64,000 bases of DNA from a virus. The stretch covers positions 1-64,000 of the IMG/VR virus record IMGVR_UViG_3300025110_000007. One strand, written 5' to 3'. The stretch's first letter is position 1, and each line of letters begins with the position of its first letter. The position numbers were made by a program, and so were the translations under genes. Below, piece after piece: positions 26,637-35,600 of this stretch. Below the pieces are notes generated by a model. That model was given only the letters and a program-made list of their open reading frames with translations, was not told the origin of the DNA and did no database searches.

Positions 26637-27591
26637 CATCTCCTGCCGCTTGTTGCTCTTGGAGCATTTGTTCGTAGCGTATTTGGTCTTCCGATGGTCC
26701 GGCCATATGTAATTCTGAAATGTCGCTTCTGAGTTCAGGGTCTGGGTGGAAAAATTCAGCCCCTTGGTACATGGAGTCGCCCATGTCGTCAAGTCTTTGT
26801 TCGGGAGTCGTGAAACCAGTTGGACTACTGCTGTCAGGTGTCAGACTGTAAGCGCCGAATTCGTGAGCCATTGAATGCAAGATAGGATAAGCACTTTGTG
26901 CTTGTTCGACATCCAAATCTGTCAATAATTCAGGTATGATTGAGCCATGAGGGTCGACATTTACACCTGCTCTTACCAACACATCGGTTGCGGTCTTTGG
27001 TCTATTCCATCGCATCCTTGGTCCACTGAACTTCCCTTGAGGGGGATATTGTTGGGTCAATCGTGCAATGTTCTCTTTCTGTTCTCGCTTCAATGCTTCG
27101 ATGTTGCTTTGCTGTTTCGCCCATTGTTCAACTTCATCCTCGATAAGAGAGTGTACATTTTCATGAGCACCGATGTTGGCTATTTTCTCAGCACCCTTGT
27201 CAAAGTCTTCTTCAAAAATTTTGCCTAATTCTGGGTACAAATGCGTACCAACATAAGAGCCATCCTCCCGCAATCGTGGCACTGAGCCTCCTCGGTAGTA
27301 TCTTCCGTCTACACCATCTTCGGGCGCAGGGAAATTAGGCCTGTCCTTTGGCCCGGCCCGAAAAGTCAATTTCGTATTGAACGGTTTCTTTTCGTCTTCG
27401 GTCGCTGGACGGTCGCTCAATTCTGGGAAATTAGCGACTCTTCCTCTGACATGCATTAAAGGTCTTTCATACATCGGACCAGCATATCCTGTCATGTCTT
27501 CGCCTGCTCTTGCGAAATGACCGCCGTGTTTATATCCCAAATGAAAATCCGACTTGAGGATTGACCAAGCGACATCAAGTGGCCTGACCAT
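26611..27591 (-). CDS. Protein with HExxH (zincin-like) motif and DxAWxxLK leader
   Basis: MVRPLDVAWSILKS; AHENVH; second motif AHEFGAY. Confidence 0.6.
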   Translation of the reverse strand: MVRPLDVAWSILKSDFHLGYKHGGHFARAGEDMTGYAGPMYERPLMHVRGRVANFPELSDRPATEDEKKPFNTKLTFRAGPKDRPNFPAPEDGVDGRYYRGGSVPRLREDGSYVGTHLYPELGKIFEEDFDKGAEKIANIGAHENVHSLIEDEVEQWAKQQSNIEALKREQKENIARLTQQYPPQGKFSGPRMRWNRPKTATDVLVRAGVNVDPHGSIIPELLTDLDVEQAQSAYPILHSMAHEFGAYSLTPDSSSPTGFTTPEQRLDDMGDSMYQGAEFFHPDPELRSDISELHMAGPSEDQIRYEQMLQEQQAAGDVNPQTSVQ

Positions 27592-27606
27592 GTACAGGCG
27601 TAGCCC

Positions 27607-28446
27607 TCAATGTCTAATCAAATTATCCTCTTGACCTTTGAGAATGTCCTTCACGACATCCAGAGCAGGGCGTAAGTCGGCTTCCTTAATGCCGCAGTTG
27701 AATCCCCATACATTGAGATGGCGCACCAAGGCTTCGGTCGATAGGTTAGCCCCACTGCCCTTGGCAAAGGGACAGCCGCCAAGACCACCGATGCTTGAGT
27801 CGAACTGCTTGATACCACTCATCAGGCCGCTTCTGACAAGACTCAGGGCACTTGCTTCGTCACCCTTGTGGTGCAAGTGAAGAGCAGGGGTCAAACCCTC
27901 ATCTTGGGCCATTTCAGCCCACAGCGCCACTTCTTGACGAGTGCCACAGCCTACTGTGTCAGAAAATACAACAGTTGTCCCGAACATCTTAGCGTCCCGT
28001 AAGCACAGCCGCATCATTGATGAAGAAACTTCACCACTGTGTGGCGAGCCAAATGCCATAGAAAGGTACACTCGTACTTTCTCCTTGGGTACCTTGTCCA
28101 TGAATGTCTTGTACATCAGAACAATCTCTGAGCGAGTCTTACCCATGTTTTGGATGTTGAATGTTTCACATGGACTGAACACGATGTTGATTTTATCGAC
28201 GCCTGATTGCTGTGCACGAAGGAAGCCTCGCTTGTTCATGACAAGTCCAGCGCCTTTGTTGTACACGGCCTCTGCGTCAGCCATCTGTGGCAGAACCTTT
28301 GGGTGAGCAAATGAAACTTCTTCGATGTCGGTGATGCCAGAGGCGTACAGTTCCTTTATCAGAAGCCTTTTGGTTTTTGTACTGACCACAGTGCCCAAAG
28401 CCTGCAACCCATCTCTTGGTCCGACTTCATAGACACTAATGTTCAT
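27607..28446 (-). CDS. Hydroxymethylglutaryl-CoA lyase-like (DRE-TIM metallolyase)
   Basis: EVGPRDGLQ, SFAHPKVLPQMAD, DTVG, HLH, DSSIGGLGGCPFA, NLSTE. Confidence 0.9.
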   Translation of the reverse strand: MNISVYEVGPRDGLQALGTVVSTKTKRLLIKELYASGITDIEEVSFAHPKVLPQMADAEAVYNKGAGLVMNKRGFLRAQQSGVDKINIVFSPCETFNIQNMGKTRSEIVLMYKTFMDKVPKEKVRVYLSMAFGSPHSGEVSSSMMRLCLRDAKMFGTTVVFSDTVGCGTRQEVALWAEMAQDEGLTPALHLHHKGDEASALSLVRSGLMSGIKQFDSSIGGLGGCPFAKGSGANLSTEALVRHLNVWGFNCGIKEADLRPALDVVKDILKGQEDNLIRH

Positions 28447-28598
28447 TGCTGACCCTTCCGCAACCCGTCCATACACATTTCTTGCAATTCAGCACTGTCA
28501 GTGAAGAATACAACATCGGAGCCTAAGTCATCTGTGACATACCAAGTGAACAAAAATCCGCAGATAAAACTCAAGATAAAAAACAGCCAAAGACCCAT
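28443..28598 (-). CDS. 51-aa small membrane protein (MGLWLFFILSFICGFLFTWY...)
   Basis: Read manually; hydrophobic N-terminus; ATGA overlap with the lyase start. Confidence 0.55.
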   Translation of the reverse strand: MGLWLFFILSFICGFLFTWYVTDDLGSDVVFFTDSAELQEMCMDGLRKGQQ

Positions 28599-28721
28599 GT
28601 GCAGGGACAGCGCGGTGTAAAAATTAAATCTTCCGGTTCATACGGCCCACCATGGACCGCTCCGACAAGGTCCTACTCCCACTCGCATTATTGGTTGTCA
28701 TCGGCTGGGTCATCGGTCTGG

Positions 28722-28988
28722 TCATGCATCACGCATGGCTTGAGAAATGAGCATGCGGGACAGCGCCCCGTAGCGTTTGGCCTTCAACCGCTTCTTCGCT
28801 TTCTTGGCCGACTCCTTCTGCCCTAAAGGACCAAAGCCACCATGCTTGCGGACATAGCCACACTGAGGGCATTCGTGATACACCACATGCTTACCATTAG
28901 CGTACCGTCCGCTAACAGACAAAGGTAGGGCTGTTGTACCACAGCACTCGCAGGTCTGCATCAAAGATTCGACAAGAGCGCCCATCAA
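28722..28988 (-). CDS. Zn-ribbon protein with basic tail
   Basis: CECC...CPQCG. Confidence 0.7.
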   Translation of the reverse strand: MMGALVESLMQTCECCGTTALPLSVSGRYANGKHVVYHECPQCGYVRKHGGFGPLGQKESAKKAKKRLKAKRYGALSRMLISQAMRDA

Positions 28989-30115
28989 CTCACCGTGTGC
29001 AGGTCCAACTTAGCCCACGCTGAACCAGTGTACACGAACTTAGCATACTGGTTGATGGTCACATTTTGATTGAGCGTTCCTGAATCGAAGTGCAAGTTGT
29101 GTGACCCAGCCGCATGATACACCTCAACCGTATGGCCGTGTGGGAATGTACCTGTTGGATTGAGTGTGATTGCGGCTCCGGTTGTAATAATCCAAATGTT
29201 CGGTCCTGTGATGGTGACTGATTGATTAGAACTGGTTGTTAGAACCTTGACTTCATTTGGAGCCAACCGCCATGTGGCACGGGCAGGACTACCACCAATG
29301 CTACGCACGGCGCTGTACATAAGCACCGAATGTCCATCAGGGCTGTGTGTCTGCCACATACCTCCGAAGGGCGAAGCACCAAACCCACCTGCTGATGGTG
29401 ATGAATAGATACCATCGATGTCGGAACTGTCGTCAAATGCGTTGGATGCTGTGACATTGCCCGCCGCTCCCTTTGTCATGTGATGCAGGTACAAAGGACT
29501 TGGACGAATGAAAGTACGCTTATCGTACACTGTTGGCGTGTTAAGAGAGGCAGTCAATGCACCTCCAGCAGATACCTCGTAAAGGAGGATTGCTAACACA
29601 GTTGTCTTTCTGTTATCTGGACCCGGTAGGTTGAGGAAGGTATTGGGAACTTGAGGCGTTTCACTGGCCGTGTCGGCAAGGGTACCGAACTCATACTTGA
29701 TGTTCGCCTTGCCACTGTCGGCCGCCACATAAATGACACAATAGGCTTTCTTTGCCACCGAACCATGAGGAGAAGGAAGACTACCGGAGTGATTACTGGT
29801 CGTACCGATAGTTGTGGCCGTGGAAGTCGCACCCGGACCACCTGCGAATTGATACACAATTCCGTCGAGGACAGCATAGCCTCCTGATACTGTGAGTCCA
29901 CCACCTGAGCCAACAGCCACATGGCCTTCTGTTCCACTGCCCGTAGCGTTCCTCGTGCCACCATAGCCGCCGTCAGCCACTCTGAGAATGCCGTTGCCGT
30001 GTAGGGCCTCGTATGGGTTGGTAAGTGAGGGGCTTGTCAATCCGTCACCGTCACGCAGGCCTGTGGCACTGCTAAACCCTGTTGCGCTCGTATGTCCTGC
30101 TAATGGATTACTCAT
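28985..30115 (-). CDS. Putative virion (baseplate/fibre) protein
   Basis: G/S/T-rich, 376 aa, in the tail gene block. Confidence 0.6.
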   Translation of the reverse strand: MSNPLAGHTSATGFSSATGLRDGDGLTSPSLTNPYEALHGNGILRVADGGYGGTRNATGSGTEGHVAVGSGGGLTVSGGYAVLDGIVYQFAGGPGATSTATTIGTTSNHSGSLPSPHGSVAKKAYCVIYVAADSGKANIKYEFGTLADTASETPQVPNTFLNLPGPDNRKTTVLAILLYEVSAGGALTASLNTPTVYDKRTFIRPSPLYLHHMTKGAAGNVTASNAFDDSSDIDGIYSSPSAGGFGASPFGGMWQTHSPDGHSVLMYSAVRSIGGSPARATWRLAPNEVKVLTTSSNQSVTITGPNIWIITTGAAITLNPTGTFPHGHTVEVYHAAGSHNLHFDSGTLNQNVTINQYAKFVYTGSAWAKLDLHTVS

Positions 30116-30116
30116 T

Positions 30117-30470
30117 TTAGTTCACCTCGATTATGGTTGCGAACCGGAGTTCGTTGTTGCTGGTCTTGCTGACCGATTGGAATGTGTACCTGAACAACAC
30201 TGTTGTGTCAGTAGCGTCAGATGGGTTTTGATATTGGATGCATACCTCACGCAGGGGCAATGTGAAGGTCGAAGACAATGGTAAGATGGCCTCGACATAG
30301 ATAGTATGGTCGTCCACGATACGAGTCGTAGGTACGGCTGTGTAAGCAGGGCGTCCTGCTCCACCGTCCTCGGAAGTAGCAACCGTTCCATCGAAACCAA
30401 ACACGACTTGATTGATTCGGCTATTTAATTGGTCGACCAAGAATCTGTTTCCGTCTGTTAGCAATGGCAT
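30117..30470 (-). CDS. Putative baseplate protein (start MPLLTDG)
   Basis: GGAGAGG SD; position in the tail block. Confidence 0.55.
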   Translation of the reverse strand: MPLLTDGNRFLVDQLNSRINQVVFGFDGTVATSEDGGAGRPAYTAVPTTRIVDDHTIYVEAILPLSSTFTLPLREVCIQYQNPSDATDTTVLFRYTFQSVSKTSNNELRFATIIEVN

Positions 30471-30471
30471 G

Positions 30472-31881
30472 TCATCCTCTCCTTGTGATTGTTTCTTGAC
30501 GCTTAGGGTTTTGAATCTTGAGTAAAGCCACTTGCTTGGCCTGAGCCTCACTTGCGTTGCCGCCGATAATACTGCGGGTACCGTGACCAATCAAAAAGCC
30601 AGCGGAGTCAACAATCGTATTCCCAAGGTCCCATTTGGTTGAAATCTTGAATCGTGCGCTGGCTGAGAACTCTTTTGTTTCGATTTGTCGACTGTGCTCA
30701 TCTCCTACCTCATCAAGTGACACAATGTCACCTTGCTGGAACCTCTGGAGTAGGTCTTCAATTCCACTGTCGAGCGAACCTATCTTGAAATCAGTCATCT
30801 TCTCAATCAGATGGTGTCGGGCCTGCAACACATGGTAGATGTCATCATCTCCGTGCGCTTGGTAGCGTACCTTTTCAGCAGGCTGTAGTGAAGAAGACCT
30901 GACAACTTTGTTCAGTGTGATTGAGCCAGTTGCATTAGCGGCACTGGATAAGAAACGCTGTCCGATTGCTTTGGCACTTGCTCGTGAAACAGCAGTGGGA
31001 GCGAATATGCCACCGGGTACTTCTATGATACCGTTCTTTTGAGCATTGAGGTCGCCCACAACCACAGTATTGTCGTCGTTGTTTGCCCGAACTTTACCTC
31101 TTACAGTCACGCTGTTAGGCAAACTCTTACTCTTCGTACTGCTTTTGCCATCCGTGACCATCTGCCCTGTCAAATAATGCATTTTATTGCTTTGAAGTTG
31201 ATGTTGATAAGACAAATTGCCAAACCTGTCTCCAACAAGGCGGTGACCGTCATGTCTGCTTACGAAACGCATGGCTGTGACCCCATCAACACCGTTGAAA
31301 TCCTTCGCAACAAAGGTTCCACTACCACGAGAGCGGGCAATCTCGACTGAGTTGAGTGAACTGGTCTGATTGTCGCCTATTCGGGCGGCAAGGTCGCTCG
31401 CACGGAGCCCAATACTTGCTTTCTGAGTGATTTGTACCTCTGTGCCATCAAAACCAAGGTCGGATAGCGATTTTCCCTTTAAATTAGGCAAAATAAACCG
31501 TGTTCCCTTGGTAGCAGACTCAATTTGGCTCATTGTAAGAGCCTGAGAGACATTATCTGCATTTACAAGCAGTGCAGGAGGCGAATCTCCTGCGCTAAGT
31601 GAGTCGTCCGAGTGAAATAGCGAACCGGTGTAGCGATGACTGTCTGTTTTCTTGTGCACCAGTTCAATTGTGTCTTCTTGCTCCACCAAAGTGTACCTAC
31701 GGTCATGCGCAGGTGCAAAATCTGATTGAACAGGCTTCGCTACCTGTCTTTTTGCTGATGTTTGGGTGTACACACCGTGCTTGACGCCATTATCAACAAA
31801 CCGTGGCTTACGAACTCGCTTCATAATTGCACTTTGTGCCGCATCAGAACGACCAGTTGACAAATTCTTACCAAGCGCCAT
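30472..31881 (-). CDS. Putative tail tip/baseplate hub protein
   Basis: 469 aa; NSVTVRG; position after the giant virion protein. Confidence 0.55.
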   Translation of the reverse strand: MALGKNLSTGRSDAAQSAIMKRVRKPRFVDNGVKHGVYTQTSAKRQVAKPVQSDFAPAHDRRYTLVEQEDTIELVHKKTDSHRYTGSLFHSDDSLSAGDSPPALLVNADNVSQALTMSQIESATKGTRFILPNLKGKSLSDLGFDGTEVQITQKASIGLRASDLAARIGDNQTSSLNSVEIARSRGSGTFVAKDFNGVDGVTAMRFVSRHDGHRLVGDRFGNLSYQHQLQSNKMHYLTGQMVTDGKSSTKSKSLPNSVTVRGKVRANNDDNTVVVGDLNAQKNGIIEVPGGIFAPTAVSRASAKAIGQRFLSSAANATGSITLNKVVRSSSLQPAEKVRYQAHGDDDIYHVLQARHHLIEKMTDFKIGSLDSGIEDLLQRFQQGDIVSLDEVGDEHSRQIETKEFSASARFKISTKWDLGNTIVDSAGFLIGHGTRSIIGGNASEAQAKQVALLKIQNPKRQETITRRG

Positions 31882-31910
31882 CAGTCATTCCACCGTAGGT
31901 CTGCTTTTCA

Positions 31911-32141
31911 TCACAGTCCATCCATGAGAACAACATCACCATGAGGTGAAATTTTTACATTGCCCATCTTGTCAATGATTTTCTTACACTCAGGCTTTGA
32001 GCGTTTGCAGGCTTTACAACAATCCTCCAAAGAAGCCGCTCCACCTTCCTTTTTCAAACAAGCAATGATTTTTGCTTTCGCCTCTTCTAAATCTCCGTCA
32101 TCCTCTTTTAGCAAATTCCATGCTTCGTCCATTGGGTTCAA
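31911..32141 (-). CDS. Small protein with MNPMDEAWNLLK leader (possible winged helix)
   Basis: TTG start overlapping the upstream stop; GAGGTG SD. Confidence 0.65.
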   Translation of the reverse strand: MNPMDEAWNLLKEDDGDLEEAKAKIIACLKKEGGAASLEDCCKACKRSKPECKKIIDKMGNVKISPHGDVVLMDGL

Positions 32142-32455
32142 CAGTTCCACCTCTTTAATGACGCTCCCTTGGGCGTCAACTTGCCCTTCTTACTGGTTGG
32201 TCCTTTGACACCAGTCATACGAGCACAGAATGATTTTCTTCGCTTGGCGGACTTACTACCCGGCTTCAATTTGCTGGGTTTTTTGGTCACAGGAGGCTTG
32301 AGATTAGCACCTGTTTTACGCTTAGCGGCGGCACGACCTTTAGCGTTCAGTCCGCCCTTTTTGTTGTGCTTGTTAGGATTGTACCCGTGAAACGGTTTGC
32401 TTTTCTTTTTCTTAGCGGCTTTTAATACAGCCCACGCTTCGTCCATAGGGTTCAT
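32138..32455 (-). CDS. Highly basic phage protein (DUF6321-like) with MNPMDEAWAVLK leader
   Basis: KGGLNAKGR...NLKPPV...RRKSFCARM...LKRWNC. Confidence 0.7.
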   Translation of the reverse strand: MNPMDEAWAVLKAAKKKKSKPFHGYNPNKHNKKGGLNAKGRAAAKRKTGANLKPPVTKKPSKLKPGSKSAKRRKSFCARMTGVKGPTSKKGKLTPKGASLKRWNC

Positions 32456-32670
32456 TCTTCACCCCTCCATGCATCACATGTGCACTTACTGTTGCACTCA
32501 AAATCGAATAACTTGCACTTGCCCATGCCTTCTCCTTTAGCGACCCAGTGTCGGCAGTTGCCACATCGTTCGTTTTGGTTATCTGCTGGACAACGATAAT
32601 TTGGAGCGTCCTCCTTTGCTTTAAGTAGCGTCCAAGCCATGTTCAAAGCGTCGGCATCCATGTTGCTCAC
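32452..32670 (-). CDS. HiPIP-like Cys4 protein with NMAWTLLK leader
   Basis: PNYR...CGNCRHW...GKCKLF...CDAW. Confidence 0.55.
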   Translation of the reverse strand: MSNMDADALNMAWTLLKAKEDAPNYRCPADNQNERCGNCRHWVAKGEGMGKCKLFDFECNSKCTCDAWRGEE

Positions 32671-35600
32671 TCCGTGCTGTGGTCACCGCTATTAAAAGAT
32701 GTATCGCCTTTACTGCCCTTTGGGTGTAATGTTTGACTGTGACGGGGCTCAACAGAGTAGTCTTCCTTTCTTGCGGCATCGCTTCTGAAATGCTCCAGTG
32801 TGTTCTCACTCATTGTGATACGGGCTACTGGTTGCGTGATGTCAGTCTTGTCATAACCAGACACATCGACTCCGAGAATCTTAGGTCCTTGGCTCACTGC
32901 GGCACTGTTAGCAGGGTTGACACTGTACACAGGTGCGTACGGTGGACTGCTTGGTGTACCTGTACGAGCAGAGGCCGCATCGCTGGTATAGATACCATAC
33001 TTCCCACCTGCTGTGGCGGCGTAAAATGTACCGCCTGCTTGAGGTGCTCCTGACTTTACTGCCATGTTAGAACGGAACAACTGTACATGTGAGTTATCTA
33101 AAACAAAGGCTGGTCTAACCAAAAACTCAATTTCAGAGTCAGCGTGGTTTATGTTCTCAGTCACCGAAGTGTGATTACTATCTTGGTATGGATTGGAGGA
33201 AGAAGTTGCTCCGGCCTCGCCCCAGCCAGTCACATCGAGTGCACCTGCTCTGCGCTTCCAATTCATAACATAGGTACCACCAAGAGCCCAGAATGAGTGT
33301 GCATCAGACACCTTGATGATGCCTTTTACAGGTTGCCCTGTCCAGTCCAGTGCAGTCATATCGAGGTGACCAAGTGTACGATTGCCGACATTCATGGCTC
33401 CTCTGAGTGTCGTTCGCTGACCAACATCTCTGTTGCTGTGTAGGCTGTGCGCTTCTGTCGACATAACCACATACTCACGGCTCACACCGTCGTTGAGTTC
33501 TCCGAGTGTGTCAACATCCAATCCAATCCGCACACCGTCACCGCCGACAGGCTCTGCAAGCATGGTGTCCGTGGTGATTGATTCAGTCGTTTCATTGACC
33601 ATTGCAGTCGGCTTGAGAAGCCCATCATCGTCAGCGAGGTCGAGGCGTGCACTGATACCACGGTCTGTTTCACCGGCTTGCAATACATCGTTTCTCGGGC
33701 GAACTAAGCCCTTACCAACGGTAGGCTCAGCAGTCGGTTGAGACAGCACCAGCCCTGTCGGCTCAACGGTTTCAGAAATATCCATGAGGAGGCTTTCGTT
33801 GAAATGTGTAGGCCACCGTACACCACGCCCATCCCCTCGGTCACCTACTCGCATAGCGTTCGTTGGGTTGAACCAATCCACGATAGCCATAGCCGCTACA
33901 TCGTTATTGGCTGTGTTGGAATTGCCACTCTGTCGGTCAGTACTGGTGGCAAAGAGGCCATTCGCTTCTGGTCGATTGCCACTGCCGCCGTCTTCGTATG
34001 CATCTTCTGGGTCCCACGCAGGAGAAATACCGAAGCCACGCACTGGGAAGCGACGGACATCTTCTCCACGAGTGTTGCCCCACCAGTCAACCATGTAGTA
34101 GCGGTGTGCTTGAGCAATCTCTGCAATTTCTAAGCCCGCCCTGTCACCTGCGTACATCCTTCGTACACTGGACGAGTTGCGGATTGTACGAACAGGACAG
34201 CCAAAAGCACGAGTCATTCTGCGTCCGTCGCTGTATCTGACTTGGCGGCCCAATTGGTCTTGATTGAGCAATGCACTAATTTGAGTAAGTCGTTCCAAAA
34301 CACCCGTGTAAGTTGCAGGATAATCAGTGCCGCCTACCCAACCGTCATCTTTGTTATCTTGCTGGATGAATGGTCCATGGTAATAACCAAGCAAAGCATT
34401 GGCGTTAGCCACTTCCAAGTAGCCTCGGACATAAGGCGACCAGCGTGGGCGATTGTACGGTTGACGCAAAGCAAAGCGATAGCCAAAGCAAGTATTTCGG
34501 GCATTATCAGATGCTGTCGTCATCTGTGCGTATGTTCGCTCTTCAAGACCAGTGTTGTCATGGAAACTCACACAGTCAACTCCGAATAACTTCCCACCCC
34601 ATCCAATGAGTGTTTCAAGGAAACCATCTAAACGACTGGAGCCTGCTCCTCCTCTGGAACCACCCGGCCAATAGCCTGCGAAATTGTATTTGTCCGAACC
34701 AATAGTGCCTCCTTGATGCGAAAGATTACCGTCACCATCCATGTCAGCACCACTTTTAGTGGTACCAGTTCCACCTGTACCTGCCGCACCGGGCGGTATA
34801 ATCCACCTCATTCCAAATGTGAACGGACCTTTAGAGGCCGCATAGAAGAAATCATTGTAGTGAATTGTTTCAAAGTGTTCAGGGACATTGTTGAGTCCTT
34901 TCTTGAGAACAGGTGTATCTGTTGCTCCGTTCTTGTCGTAAAAGCCTCTGCTGTTGTCATCGGAGTAGTAAGTGAAAGGACGGCCCAAGTTCGGATGCCA
35001 CATACACAAATACGCATCAGCAAGATGTAGGCTGTTTGTATCACGAGTACCATTCATGGTTTGTGGCATAACCCGAGTTGTCATGCTGACAAGCGAATTA
35101 GTGAAAATTTCATCTGCCTTCCGGTTGTCATAAGGCCCGCTTAAACGAATAATTGTGTCATTGGTTAAGTTGTCAAAGAATAGAGGAGTGACTTCCGTGA
35201 CACCTTGGAACTGTGTAGGCGTCCCAAGAGTAGCGTGGGCCAATGTTCCTGTTCGGTTTGTGTAGGTAGCCGTCTGCCTTTCCCCGTTAGCATCTGTGTA
35301 TTCCAAAACCTCTCCGTAGTATGCTTTGACTGGGAACAGTTCAGCATTATCCACATTGACTGTACTGCCTCCAGCAGATGAGGCTGTGACCTTAGCATTG
35401 GGGTTCAAAGAGCGAACACGATAGTGCTCTGCGTAAATGTCAGGGTAGCATGTAGGATAACCAGCAAGTGTAATCTGAGCACCTACTGCGCCAAAGGTAG
35501 CCCTGTTCATCTGATAGTAGTGGTCAGGTGTATGCCACTCCAAATGTCTGAAATGTGTAGCGGCTGATGCAGTTGCTCCGTCCTTGTGCAACTGTGCCCA

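Noticed and set aside
28620-28725. Possible 33-aa minus-strand ORF (MTRPMTQPMTT...) with short ccgatgac repeats
   Set aside because: No motif support; may be non-coding.
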